Shown here piece by piece: positions 28,616 through 42,402 of a stretch of 64,000 bases of DNA. This DNA is from Octopus vulgaris (taxonomy: Eukaryota): positions 14,074,001 to 14,138,000 of the forward strand of contig OX597825.1 of the NCBI GenBank assembly GCA_951406725.2, in the 5' to 3' direction. Position 1 is the stretch's first letter, and each line of letters begins with the position of its first letter. The position numbers and the translations under genes are program-made. Under the pieces are notes generated by a model, which saw nothing but the letters and a program-made list of their open reading frames with translations, ran no database searches and was not told where the DNA came from.

Positions 28616-29600
28616 TTTTTCCTTGCTCTCTTTCTTTCACCCCACACATACACAAGCATACATCTGCATACACACATTGGTGCTCCAGCATACACACACA
28701 CATATGGCATGCACTCATACACGCAATTCTTGCGCTGGTAATCTAAGATTACAACGAACATAAAATAAACAAACTAAATCTGCAATGCAGTTTCGATTCC
28801 AGGCGATAGTAATTTAATTTTCTTCATGTTGCCGGTGGCAATAAGAGAAGCAAAAACCAAATCAAAATTCCATTTCTTATATATATTTTATCGCAACATG
28901 ATTAATTGCACGAACTAAAATATGTTCTTCGCAAATATTAGAGAAATGAATGAAATTTCCGCAATTAGATTAATTATCTTTGCTTAATTGACCTACAACA
29001 AACTAACAGGGTAAGTCTATAGCTAGTACATTTGCACTAGGATTTCATCAATCTAAAATGGATGAAGTTAAAAGTCGACCTCGATGGCATTCGTACAAAG
29101 ATGAAAGTAAAATGTCTTGTGGTTTTAGCGTTTGTTTTCGCTTCTTCATTTCTTTCATAAATTAATTTATTATACACCATTTAAGAAATATGGAACCTAG
29201 CTAAGTTGGCGCTACTAGTATCTAAGTTAAAATTCCCTTCCCTGGCCTCCGTATATCGTGTGTGACCTCGAACGTTGCTCTCCAAGCTGTAGGCATTTTT
29301 TTTGTCTTCTAATTTTGACTTGTTTCAATCATTGGACTGCGGCCCTGTTGGAACACCGTCTTGAAGTGTTACAAGGTATTCTATATTGCTATTTTGACGA
29401 CATTGCCAATTCGCAGGATATTATCCGAGTATATTTGTTTAATCCAGTGATTGCTGAATAATGAATTTTCGAGAGTAAACTCCTCATCAATCACTAGTTT
29501 AATCAAATTAACTCAATTATTATATTGAAGAATACCTCCTCTAAGAATTACGAATATCAAACTAATGCCCTTAACGCGGCAAGTACGACTTTATTAAAAA

Positions 29601-29933
29601 GAGTAAAGATCCCCGTTGGTCATGAATGACCATAGGATTGCACCTAGAAAGTTCCCGTCTAAAGCACAAGTCCGGAAAAATTCATGGAAGACCAACAGTC
29701 ACCCATGCATACCAGCCTCAGTTCTCCCCACCACCGATGTTATCCAAAGGGCAGGAAAATGTTGATACACCTTGGTACAAGTGGCATCGCAACTCATTTC
29801 TACAGGTGAGTGAACTGGAGCAACGTGAAATATAGTGTCTTGCTGAAGAACACAACATGCAGCATGGTCCGAGAATCGAAATCACTATCACGTGATTGTG
29901 AGTCCGACGCTCTGACCACGGAGCCATGCGCCT
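29601..29933 (-). mobile_element. tRNA/CORE SINE (OR2-like head, different tail)
   Basis: Minus head GGCGCATGGCTCCGTGGTCAG...TTTCGATTCTC, then TTGTGTTCTTCAGCAAGACAC...CACGTTGCTCCAG shared with the 54943 copy. Confidence 0.75.
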
Positions 29934-30146
29934 TATAACAAAACTATAACCGCATTGAGAAAAGGTAAGCGTTGTTGAACAATGATTAACTCAACCAAAC
30001 AAAGGCAACGGTAAAAAGAAAGAAGCAAATGAAATATGATGAGGCTCAAAGGGCACCGAGAAATTTAAATTCGAAACATGAAATGTAGTGATGTAAAGAA
30101 CAGGGTGAGCTTTGATGCAATCAGGTCATTTTGTTGCGATAAAGTA

Positions 30147-30648
30147 CAGTAATACCTCGTTTATCGCGGTAGACTGGTTCCGAGACCGGCCGCGATAACT
30201 GAATTTCCGCGAAGTAGGAACACCATATTTACAGTATTCATTTAATGTGTATTTGGACTTTTAAACACACACCCCCCTTTACTGTTAACAACCCACCCAT
30301 TACAGTAGTCTATTAATAACAAGGACAACGGTTAAGTAATAACACTTTAGATTTAAAGAAATTAAAGATTGTTACTGTTACACAGGACAGATTACAAAAT
30401 AGAAAGCTGTGATTCGTCGTCTCTCTCCATTGCACCAATCACAGCCCATTTTAAGTCCAAATACCCCTGTATATGCTTTTTTGCTATTTTACGCTTGTTT
30501 TGTTGTTCCTAGACTAGGAAATAATAATTATTATTAATATTTTAACGGATTTAATGAAAATGTTTAGGCGTTCATATATATATATATTAAAAATCCGCGA
30601 AATTGTGAATCCGCGATAGTTGAACCACGAAGTAGCGAGTGATCACAG
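30147..30648. mobile_element. Tc1/mariner-pogo (Tigger-like) MITE
   Basis: TA-flanked imperfect TIRs CAGTAATACCTCGTTTATCGCGGT and AACCACGAAGTAGCGAGTGATCACAG, with subterminal CCGCGA repeats. Confidence 0.7.
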
Positions 30649-31969
30649 TAAATATAATACTTTACTTTGAAGACGTTCAGCGCAATATCCCTTAGCATAC
30701 TGTTCTCAACAGATTTCGGTTCATGGCTGAAATAATTTCATTTCCTTAATTTGGCACAAGAAAAACATAAACGTCTGCGAATCAAACTTTTCCTTCTTAT
30801 ATAAATTCACGGCTGTGTGATTAAGTGGACAACGCCTACAATGTTGGTGAGGAATCAAAGCCTTCGAGTAAAGGATTGTTTAAGCCTTTAAGAGTTTTAC
30901 ATTACTCATCCCTTATTAATCACAGTAAAAAGCGTGATCTCACTAAAGATCGTTGACAATGTAGAGATAGCAGCTAAATTTCATTGAAACCACAGCCTAC
31001 CTTCTTTTTCTAAAGGAAGTCTACATTGCTTAAAGCGTTACAGATACTAGAACATTTTGGTTTTAGTTCTTCATAAAGGAAACCTCATCACTGCAAGAAT
31101 TATTTGATCATAGGTTTACTTGTATAGAGGGGAATATGGCGCTAAACATCATCATTGTCAACAGCAACGACAGGTAACAAATTACAACAACTATGAAACT
31201 GGTTCACTGTGTGTATGCATATCTATATATGTATGTAAGTGTGTGCATCTGTATGTATGTATTCTGCATATTCACGTGCTTGCATATCCGTGTTTGAGTA
31301 TTTTTATGTATGTGTGTGAGCGTGTGTTTGTATATGTATGCATCTCTGTCTTCATGTGTGTGCATGTCTGTGTGTGTGTTTGTGTGTGTTTGCAACTATG
31401 TACCATGTTTGTATGTATGGATGTGCATCTCTATATGTGTGGACACGTATCTCCATATCTGTCCTTGTGTGGAGTAAAGTGTGTGTGTATATATACGGTC
31501 ATGTGTTTCAGTCTCCATTTGCGTATGTGTGCTTGTCTGTTCTTATAACCTATGCACCTATCTGTCTGTATGTTGATCTGTTTATTTTCATATCCATATG
31601 CTTACATACATGTGCATACACACACACATTCCCACACAAACAACGAAAATTTTAGGAAAATAAAAATAAGAACTAAGTGGAAATTTTACCGGTGAGAGTG
31701 TTAAATTATAAGGCACGAAAAGAAAATGACTCTCCCCAGACACAACAGAATATTAATAGTAAAGCATTGATAGTAAAATACATAAGTTTTATGATACATA
31801 GACAACAATTTACGATTGAAAGCCATTCCAGTTAGATCACTCTTGGATAATTAAGTATGGATATATGGAAGGATACTTGCGGTTGGAAAGTATGTCACTA
31901 TAATGCAGTGATGTGTTGTGCTGATATCTCATTAATTAGATGCCTATTATCAGATAAGCTGAAGCATCA

Positions 31970-31996
31970 TTATACATACATACATACATACATACA

Positions 31997-32062
<66 letters not shown>

Positions 32063-32063
32063 C

Positions 32064-32095
<32 letters not shown>

Positions 32096-32223
32096 CATAC
32101 ATACATACATATATATATATACATACATATATACATATATATATATACATACATATATACATATATGTATATATATATGTATATATATATATATGTATAT
32201 ATATGTATGTATATATATATGTA

Positions 32224-32308
<85 letters not shown>

Positions 32309-32330
32309 GTGTGTGTGTGTGTGTGTATTA
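31970..32330. repeat. (TACA)n/(TA)n/(CA)n/(TG)n microsatellites
   Basis: Seen directly. Confidence 0.9.
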
Positions 32331-33821
32331 TTCAGAATTTAACATAGGAGAAACCGGGTCTTTGGACACACTTGCGCATAATTCTCATAATGACATTTGC
32401 CGGTTCTCTCCAGACAATCACTTACCAATGAAAAGACCACATGTAGGGCCAAACCAGGATGCGTTTATGATGCAGCTGGAATATGGGAGTGCGTATGTGC
32501 GTACTGTGTACGTGTATGCGTGTGTCTGTGTGTGTGTGTCTGAGTGTGTGTGTCTGTGTGTGTGTGTGTCTGTATGTGTGTGTATGTGTGTGTTTGTGTA
32601 TGCCTGTGTTGGATGTAATGTTTTTAATGCTTGGCGGTGAAATGCTGCATTCCATAATCCTATTGATATATTATTTGATGGAATTAGATTCCTTTGACAT
32701 TGTATCTCTTTGTTAAGTCTTAAAATGTAACATTAATAAATGAAAATGGAAAAGAAAGAAAGGGAAAAATCCCCCCCCCCCCATTATTCCCCGATTGCTT
32801 TATTGAAGCAATATCAATGACGACAACGGCCTCGATATCAAAACAATCAGTATTATTTGATGATTTGCAATAAAACTAATGAGATATGATAGCGTATATC
32901 ACAGCTGCTGAAGAAAGACACTGGCAGGTGGTATACATCTTTTGTATTTAATAGACAAGGAAAGAAACCAACGAAATACAAGATTACGATGACAGAGCTG
33001 TCAGAGCACCGAGAATATTTAATTTCATCCCTTTTTGTTCTGACATCGACTTTGCTTTTAAAACTGCCAGTGCAGGGAAATTTTATTTTCCAGGCAAATA
33101 CGGGGATCGATCTTAATCGACTGTTCTCTCCCTCAAAATTTCTGAATTTGTGCCACAATAACTGTATATATTTTTAAAGCTAGTTTCACTCATGCAAAAT
33201 TCACTATTTCATAGAAATAACAATAGAAATAAATTTCATAGAAATTAGTAACGCAACCAATATATTTATTATTAACGCAACCAATAATTTTATGCCATTA
33301 TAGATTATTTCCCCCCTCAAATAACAACGAAGAATAACTTAATTATATATTTAGTTGTATAAATATATTTATTTGTATCAAAATAATAAGGACATTGACA
33401 TCATATAACATACCCGAAAGTTTATTCTCTTCTGGAAAGAGTTTAGAAGCAAATCACAAGACCTACCGACATCATTATGGCATCCAAGGGGAAAGCCGAG
33501 GTTAGTAATATCGGTTTGTATATTCTACATGCAACACACGAAAAATTCCCAAGTTTTTCTGGAGGTTTATAGAGAGAGAACGGTTTGTCAATAATTACAT
33601 AACTTTAATCTGAAAATTACAGACGAATTACTAAAAATTCACTTCAACATGAAAAAAACAAAATTGAGAAGCTTCAATATTATAACTCACCTTTTTACCA
33701 AATAGTTGTTTAAAATGTTCGTTAAGATTAGTTTCTTTAATGAATATTTCTAATATTGTTTTTAGTAATTAGATCAAAGCACATAGAAGTGGGTACATAG
33801 AAAATCTAAATTATAACTTAA

Positions 33822-34223
33822 CTAGCAGTATCGCCCGGCGTTGCTCGGGTTTGTAAGGGAAATAGCTATATAAGCATTTTTAGAGAGTTATAGCCAAAAA
33901 ATAGCAAAAGAATGCATTAAAAATGGAAAAAAAATTATGGTAAATTTTTTTTAAAAATCGTTGACTCATCGTAGACATTTTTAGAGAGTTACTTCCCTTT
34001 TTTTAATAGCGAAAAAATGCCTTAAAATGGAAAAAAATGATGGTAATTTCTTTTTTAAATCGTAGACTCATCGTAGACGCGCGCTAATACCCAGAAGGGT
34101 TCGATATGAATCACGACTATAAGATACCCGGTTTTGGTTAAACTGCATCGCAAAATGTGGGAGTAGTTAGGAATCTAAATCGTAGGAGACAGACACACAA
34201 CTTGACTTTTATATATATAAAGA
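33822..34223 (-). mobile_element. Non-autonomous Helitron (second subfamily)
   Basis: Same termini as 20590-20971 (CTAGCAGTATCGCCCGGCGTTGCTCGGG and TTTTATATATATAAAGA). The interior differs and has an internal duplication of about 100 bp. Confidence 0.75.
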
Positions 34224-35689
34224 TTACACCAAGAATACGCACCAAACTTAGAAAAAAAGCCAATTTGGATTAAAAAATTCCATCATTTAGTTTACATGTT
34301 TAACACCTATAGCTAAACATTTCTGTCAACCCCACAGAATGATTTCCCTCCAAATCACAAATAATATAAATGAATAAAAGAAAAGAAATTGTAAAATCCT
34401 ATCTTTTATTAATATACAATAATATAGACATTCTCTGTAATTAGAACCGTTTCAAAGTTAAAATTCTCTGAATTGTAACTGTATTAACATTGCATGCTCA
34501 TTTCATGGAAATTCTTAGAACTTATCTATTTTCGCACAGTCAGTGCAACAAAATCAATATCCTCTAGTTGACATGTAGATATAAACGCCGATTCCTAGAG
34601 CAGATTTTATTAGTTCACAAATATTCATATTAGAAAGTCAAACAGAAAAGATGATGCATAGTTTTCGAGTTACATTTGGTACTCAAAAACCAGCATATTC
34701 ATTTTGTTGTCAAAACCGCTGCCAGAAAAAAAAAATAATATGTAAGCCTTGTACTTTAGAAACATATGAAAATGAAATTCTATCTCCTAGCTTTTAGTTA
34801 CTTAATCTACATTCAGAAACAGTTTCATAGAAATAGCAAAGTATTTTAAATCTAGTTTATCACCAAATAGGTAATTGTACTGCGGATACCTACGGCTACG
34901 TTTCCTTCAGATATATCAGCAAAATATTAATAAATTTTGCATTCTAACATATTAATTGTATTTATCCTGTGTATACAAGAGAAGATTAATTTTGAATATC
35001 GATTGTGCATTTAGAGGTAGGAAAATAGAATTCCATATGATTCTGTGGTGGCTTTTTATGTCGGGTTTCACCCCAAAATCAAATTATTAGTAACGCAACC
35101 AATATATTTAAATAAGATCTTTCAGCTTAAAATGTATTGTTATATGAACCAATAATGTATCAATAATAAAGCAATTGGTTTTTAAATATACCATTTCTAC
35201 TTTGCAACAAGACTTGACAAACAAAGAACTTAGCTCTTCGCACACTTCTATTATATACTCAGTTAACATAATGGTTTAAAGCAAAATTCAATTTCTTTTT
35301 CTATTATACCATTTATTATTATACTCTTTATTTAATTAGTCAAACACCTACCGACAAACACTAATGCTATTAAATCAGGTATCTTTATATTTAACTCTCT
35401 TAATTTTATGCCATTATAGATTATTTTCCCCCTCAAATAACAACGAAGAATAACTTAATTATGTATTTAGTTGTATAACTACATATTATCTTAATTTATT
35501 CGTTGGAAACAACTCTAATTGTATTATTACAAACCTAGTAAAAGGCCTCTAGTGTAGCTTCTTATCGCAATTAGTAACTCTTCTCTATTTGTTTCTATTT
35601 CCTTACCTACATTGTTTTAACCATTTTTTAAATATCCAGTAACCATATCGGATTCATTATCCTTTTTCCCATTAAGTCCTATTCTTTCT

Positions 35690-35887
35690 CTTTATTTGTT
35701 TTAGTCATTTGACTGCAACCATGCTGGACCACCGCCTTTAATCGATTAAATTGACCCCAGGACTTATTCTTTGTAAGCCTAGTACTTATTCTATCGGTCT
35801 CTTTCGCCGAACTGCTAATTTACGGGGACGTAAACACACCAGCATCGGTTGCCAAGCGATGTTAGGGGGAAAAACACAGACACACAA

Positions 35888-35932
<45 letters not shown>

Positions 35933-36105
35933 CATATATATACGACGGGCTTCTTTCAGTTTCCGTCTACCAAATCGACTCACAGGCTTTGGTCGACCGG
36001 AGGCTATAGTAGAAGAGACTTGCCCAAGGTGCCACGCAGTGGGACTGAACCCAGAACCATGTGGTTGGTAAACAAGCTACTTACCACACAGCCACTCCTG
36101 CGCCT
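35690..36105 (-). mobile_element. SINE family B, full length
   Basis: Reverse complement of the family sequence, ending CACAGCCACTCCTGCGCC. Confidence 0.9.
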
Positions 36106-36716
36106 CCTTCGCATTTCCTTCATAAAACTGCTCTTTCAACCTTTGTTCTACCAGAGAAAATGTCACTAATTACCGACTGGATCCAAATGGTTGTAATAAT
36201 CTTCTTTTAATTAAATTTTATTCAAACTACCACTATTTCTTAGCTACATTAGATATGCTGTCAGGTGAATGAAGAATTGTTGTTTCTCAAATATTTAATA
36301 AAAAAAAATACACCTTACAGAATATATTATAAATTTAAATAATTACAAAAATGCAGAATTACAATTCTTCATGGCAGTAAATGCAGACAGCATTGAAATG
36401 TTCTTGGCAAACATGGATATTACAACTCTTTCATGTAGTACGACTTTTTCTGTCTTTTTTGGGGCCACACAAAGAACATCTTCCTTTATCTTAGGTTCTG
36501 CTGAAGTCGAGTCAGTCCTTACTGGTGAGGCAGCGGAAATTGCTGAAACTGACCGATCAGTAGAGGGAATTCTCGATCGGTTTTTTCGGGCAATAACAGT
36601 CTCTGATAGTGTGCATGTATACAATTATGTGCTTTCACTACAGCATGTTTGCATTTTAGCTCCTACTTCTAACAATCTAGGTGTTTCGAACACGCTAGTT
36701 GTGTTTAGTGTATATA

Positions 36717-36795
<79 letters not shown>

Positions 36796-37320
36796 GGATG
36801 TGTTATAATACTATTCCACAGCCATAACAACAATCCGACATACCTCCATCATCAGCTGCTTCATGGATATCATTATGGTTTCGACACCTGGGCAGTACCA
36901 CTCAATCCGGCAATGTCAACAGTACTAAAATAAGTGTTGTTTGGGAAGAAACAAACAATCCAAAGAAACCACAACTTTCAAACACATTTACCCAATGTAC
37001 AGCCGTATCGATAAATATATTACATAAATAAATTATAGCTCCTCCTATATACGTAACAAAACTGCGATAACTCTATTAAGTTATACACAATTATAATCCC
37101 TACCGTCTTCCGTAGTGTAATATAAACGTAAAAGCTTAATAGCGTCATTATTTCAATCAATTATATAGGTAGGATTAAACACTAACTTTACTAAAACTAC
37201 AACAGGAGACATATAAACCAATGGACCATATAAACCATCGATATTAATAGTACACCTCAGTAACTAAATTGCGATCTAATAATCCCGCTGGTTTTCCATA
37301 GATATTACTATAACGAAAGT

Positions 37321-37705
37321 GGAGGCGCAATGGCCCAGTGGTTAGGGCAGCGGGCTCGCGGTCATAGGATCGCGGTTTCGATTCCCAGACCGGGCGTTGT
37401 GAGTGTTTATTGAGCGAAAACACCTAAAAGTTCCACGAGGCTCCGGCAGGGGATGGTGGTGATCCCTGATGTACTCTTTCACCACAACTTTCTCTCACTC
37501 TTACTTCCTGTTTCTGTTGTACCTGTATTTCAAAGGGCCGGCCTTGTCACTTTCTGTGTCACGCTGAATATCCCCGGAACTACGTTAAGGGTACACGTCT
37601 CTGTGGAGTGCTCAGCCACTTACACGTTAATTTCACGAGCAGGCTGTTCCGTTGATCGGATCAACCGGAACCCTCGTCGTCGTAACCGACGGAGTGCTTC
37701 CATCC
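37321..37705 (+). mobile_element. OR1-like tRNA SINE flanked by direct repeats of about 154 bp
   Basis: Head GGAGGCGCAATGGCCCAGTGGTTAGGG...GGTTTCGATTCCC. Flanks 37167-37320 and 37706-37879 are direct repeats. Confidence 0.9.
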
Positions 37706-38073
37706 AGGTAGGATTAAATACTAACTATACTAAAACTACAACAGGAGACATATAAACCAATGGACCATATAAACCATCGATATTAATAGTACACCTCAGT
37801 AACTAAATTGCGATCTATCTTTAAGTCCATATAAATAATAATCCCGCTGGTTTCCCATAGATATTACTATAACGAAAGTTTAAACCTTATAAAATGTTTT
37901 TCCAAAACAAAACACGATTGAAATTAATTTAACTAATAACTAATATTTTTCTGAGTGAAATGCATTATGACATCATTCAAATGTTTGTAATAGAACACTT
38001 ACATACTCATTAATATATCACCACTACAACTTATAATATTAAATTACCGGTGACTAATATACACTTTAATTTC

Positions 38074-38155
<82 letters not shown>

Positions 38156-38665
38156 GAGAGAGAATTAAGAGATAGAACCTCAATAAAGTAATTCAATTAA
38201 TAACGGAAATATGTATAAATTTAAATGTATTATTATTAATGTTGCACTAAAAATTTCTACACATTAAAACGACTTTGTTATTATTATCGTGCTAAAAATT
38301 TCTATACTAAATAATATACATTAAAAATGCATACACACACACACACACCCACCCACACACACACTTATATATATATATATGAATACATACATACATACAT
38401 GCATATATATATATACATACATATATATACAAAAATACCTATATATATTATATATACATATGTATATTATACATACAGATATATATATATTATACATGCA
38501 TATATGTATATATATATGTATATATATGTATATGTATATATATATGTATATATGTATATGTATATATATATGTATATGTATATATGTATATATATGTGTA
38601 TATATTTATATGTATATGTATATATATATGTATATATGTATATGTATATATACATATATACATAC

Positions 38666-38697
<32 letters not shown>

Positions 38698-38769
38698 ATG
38701 TATATATGCACACATATGTACACATACATATGTGCTTGTGAGTGTATAGAATTGTAACCAGTTCTGAAT

Positions 38770-39170
38770 ATATATCCATGAATTTTATTACATGAACCAT
38801 TACGCTATAAATATTTCGTAATAACGTACTTCCAGAGGGGCCATAACTCTTTTCAAACTCTCCATGCTTTTTAGTTATCAATCGGAAGAGATAAATAACG
38901 GCCACCATTGCGCAACAAAGCATATTTGAAGCATCTTGTGGTTTTATCTGTAAAATAGCTGCCAATCTCGTGGAATATCATTCGGTATTCCTCTTTGGAT
39001 CATTGCTGCATGAAAATTCTGTATATCGGGAAGTAGTTCTACTTCTCTGTCTAATAAACCGTTATTTTCAATTCTGGTTTGACAGTAGTTTTAGGTTAGA
39101 TGCTATATGTCCACATGTTTTTCTTTGACAGATTGAGGTCAAGCATCAACTCTTTTGAGATTCTTTTTGG
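38770..39170 (-). pseudogene. Heavily frameshifted DNA-transposase remnant (WRLFIDSS/VLLHNGN family, probably IS630-Tc1-mariner related)
   Basis: Collinear minus-strand pieces DLNLSK, PRDWQLF and FKYALLRNGGRYLSLPI match the recalled family motif order DLxLSK...WRLFIDSS..LKxVLLHNGNxYxSxPI. Confidence 0.65.
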
Positions 39171-39552
39171 AAAGCACTTCACTAGTCAGTTAAGGTGAGA
39201 CAGTGTCACGTGACAACTTGCTGGGGCTGCCTGCTGGAGCCTAGCGGCATGTATTTAAAGGGAGAAATTTGACAAGTCAGTCAGTCACCGGCTGACACGC
39301 GTTGACGATACATCGAAGAGGCCAGGGAACAGAAGAAAGAAGAAGGAAGAAGACATTAACCCAACACCAGAGCTGAAGACACCTCCGAAAAGGAGACACC
39401 AGCCACGTCAAAACGGTAGGAGGAGTAGGGGCCGAAACCGGACGTGCTTCCTCCTGATCATGTCTTGAGCTAACTGGATCCTATAAAGGAGCTGTTGTGG
39501 TAGTAGACCACGAAACACGGTTGTGATTCCCCTCCTTCCTTCATAATCTGTC

Positions 39553-39818
39553 AAGCGGTTGTCATGCGATGTTAGGGGGACAAACACAGACACACAAACA
39601 TACACACACACACACACTCACACACGCAGACACGCGCACACACACACATATATATATATATATACATATATATACGACGGGCTTCTTTCAGTTTCCGTCT
39701 ACCAAATCAACTCACAAGACCTTGGTCGACTGGAGGCTATAGTAGAAGACACTTGCCCAAGGTGCCACGCAGTGGGATTGAACCCAGAACCATGTGGTCG
39801 GTAAGCAAGCTACTTACT
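39553..39818 (-). mobile_element. SINE family B, 5' part
   Basis: Reverse complement of the head and CORE-like segment. A degenerate copy follows at about 40064-40430. Confidence 0.8.
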
Positions 39819-40649
39819 AACCATTCGAAGCCCTGATTTGCATCAAAACTAGATGATAGCAGTCTAACGAAGTGATATCAACACTAGCATGTGGATATAT
39901 TTACTGTGGAGAAGGTCGTTTTGCAGATTCTAAATCAAAAGGCTTCCACGTGTATTCTGTGTTGCGATGAGCAATTTCATATTCATAACATGAAAACACA
40001 GCTGCAGTTATTGACACTGTGTGTGTGCTTTTATGGAGGGCTTTTCCCATCATATATTCCATCTTATTTTCTTTTACTTGTTTCAGTTATTGGATTGCAG
40101 CCATGCTGGAGCATCCCCCGGAAGGGTTTAGCAGAACAAATCGCTCCATTACTTATTTTTTGAAATTGATGCTTATTTTATCGTCGTTCACTTTTGCCGG
40201 AACTTCTAAGTTAGGGGACATAAATGAATCTTAACTGATTGCCATGTAGTGGTGACGAATATACAAATATATATGCCGGGCTTCTGCACAATTTCCGTCT
40301 AATAAATTTACTCACAATGTCGGCCCAGAGCTATAGTAGAAGACACCCAAAGTACAGCAGAATGGGACTGTACTGAAAACTACGTAGTTGTAAAGTAAGC
40401 TTTATAACCACACAGCCATGACCCCCACCCGCCATGAAACCACTATTTTCTTTTTCGATTGTCGTAGGTACCCTACACACGTTTTGAATAGCGCAAGATT
40501 TTGTCTTCGTCAACAAGAAACAAAAGGTTATTTGCACTAAGTCAGTGACATTTGTCTTTCATTTTACATTTATTACGAATAGAAAGCATTACAATTGTTT
40601 GATCAGATTTCTTGCGAACTTATATCAATCTGCTAAAAAGCATACGATG

Positions 40650-40734
<85 letters not shown>

Positions 40735-40776
40735 TAGACAGAGTAAAAACATTGCCGACGCCCAAAATGATAACAT

Positions 40777-41878
40777 TCTACGTTTGTCAGCATGTATTTG
40801 GTCTCTATTTGTCAGCAAATATTCGGTCTACGTTTGTCAGCAAATATTCGGTCTACGTTTGTCAGCAAGTATTCGGTCTACGTTTGTCAGCAAGTATTCG
40901 GTCTACGTTTGTCAGCAAGTGTTCCGTCTATGTTTGTTAGCAAGTACTCGGTCTACGTTTGTCAGCCAGTATTCGGTCTACGTTTGTCAGCAAATATTCG
41001 GTCTACGTTTGTCAGCAAGTATTCGGTCTTCGTTTGTCAGCAAGTATTCGGTCTACGTTTGTCAGCAAGTATTCAGTCTACGTTTGTCAGCAAGCATTCG
41101 GTCTACGTTTATCAGCAAGTATTCGGTCTACGTTTGCCAGCAAGTATTCGGTCTACGTTTATCAGCAAATATTCGCTCTACGTTTGTCAGCAAGTATTCG
41201 GTCTACGTTTGTCAGCAAGTATTCGGTCTACGTTTGTCAGCAAGCATTCGGTCTACGTTTGTCAGCAAGTATTCGGTCTACGTTTGCCAGCAAGTATTCG
41301 GTCTACGTTTGTCAGCAAATATTCGCTCTACGTTTGTCAGCAAATATTCGGTCTACGTTTGTCAGCAAATATTCGGTCTACGTTTGTCAGCAAGTATTCG
41401 GTCTACGTTTGTCAGCAAGTATTCAGTCTACGTTTGTCAGCAAATATTCGCTCTACGTTTGTCAGCAAGCATTCGGTCTACGTTTATCAGCAAGTATTCG
41501 GTCTACGTTTGCCAGCAAGTATTCGGTCTACGTTTATCAGCAAATATTAGGTCTACGTTTGTCAGCAAGTATTCGGTCTACGTTTGTCAGCAAATATTCG
41601 GTCTACGTTTGTCAGCAAATATTCGGTCTACGTTTGTCAGCAAGTATTCGGTCTACGTTTGTCAGCAAGTATTCGGTCTACGTTTGTCAGCAAGTATTCG
41701 GTCTACGTTTGTCAGCAAGCATTCGGTCTACGTTTGTCAGCAAGTATTCGGTCTACGTTTGCCAGCAAGTATTCGGTCTACGTTTGTCAGCAAATATTCG
41801 CTCTACGTTTGTCAGCAAGTATTCAGTCTACGTTTGTCAGCAAATATTCGGTCTACGTTTGTGAGCAAGTATTCGTTT
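40777..41878. repeat. 25-bp minisatellite, about 44 copies (ATTCGGTCTACGTTTGTCAGCAAGT)
   Basis: Head-to-tail units without spacers. This explains the three repetitive ORFs. Confidence 0.97.
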
Positions 41879-42402
41879 TATTAGTATAAATATTTCCATT
41901 TCGGGTGTATACAAGATGTCAAAAACTGCTTAATACCAATTTTTAAATTTAGCACCCAGAAAATACCCTGAAGTCTCTCAAATATTCTTGGCAACCAAAC
42001 CCAAAAATATTTCGGTTGAACAGTCAATTCTTATTAAATCTAACCTCTTAGGGACTTCTACTTTTCATGTTGGCTTGATACCAACTCTACGTAATTATTA
42101 AGTCATATTTCATAACTTATATCCCGCAAGCATTATTTCTCTCGAGTCATATACATCTATTAACATCAAATTCCTGTTCACATATTTCTCTCACAGAGAA
42201 TTTCCCTGACAGCCTTTGCTTGTGTCATCTGAAATTCCAATATTATTAAGAAAAACAAATCTTTTCTAAAACCTACCTCTGCTAATAATATTTGCATTCT
42301 ACCTATCACAATTTAGAAACAACTCATGAGAAACTGTCAAGAATCCACGAATCAGATCCTGTTTTGTATAACTAAGTTTTAATATATTTCAAATTTGAGG
42401 AA

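Noticed and set aside
37321-37395. Genuine tRNA genes (also at 54943, 55217 and 9194)
   Set aside because: The tRNA-like heads lack a proper acceptor stem and continue into SINE bodies.
39170-39550. GC-richer segment with TCGAAGAGGCC...GGCCGAAACCGG and CTGATCA...CGAAAC hammerhead-like pieces
   Set aside because: The cores and cleavage triplets are non-canonical and stem I is unsupported. Probably an old TE end.
40777-41878. CRISPR-like array of 25-bp repeats, or a repeat-protein gene
   Set aside because: There are no spacers, the context is eukaryotic, and the ORFs arise only because the unit lacks stops.
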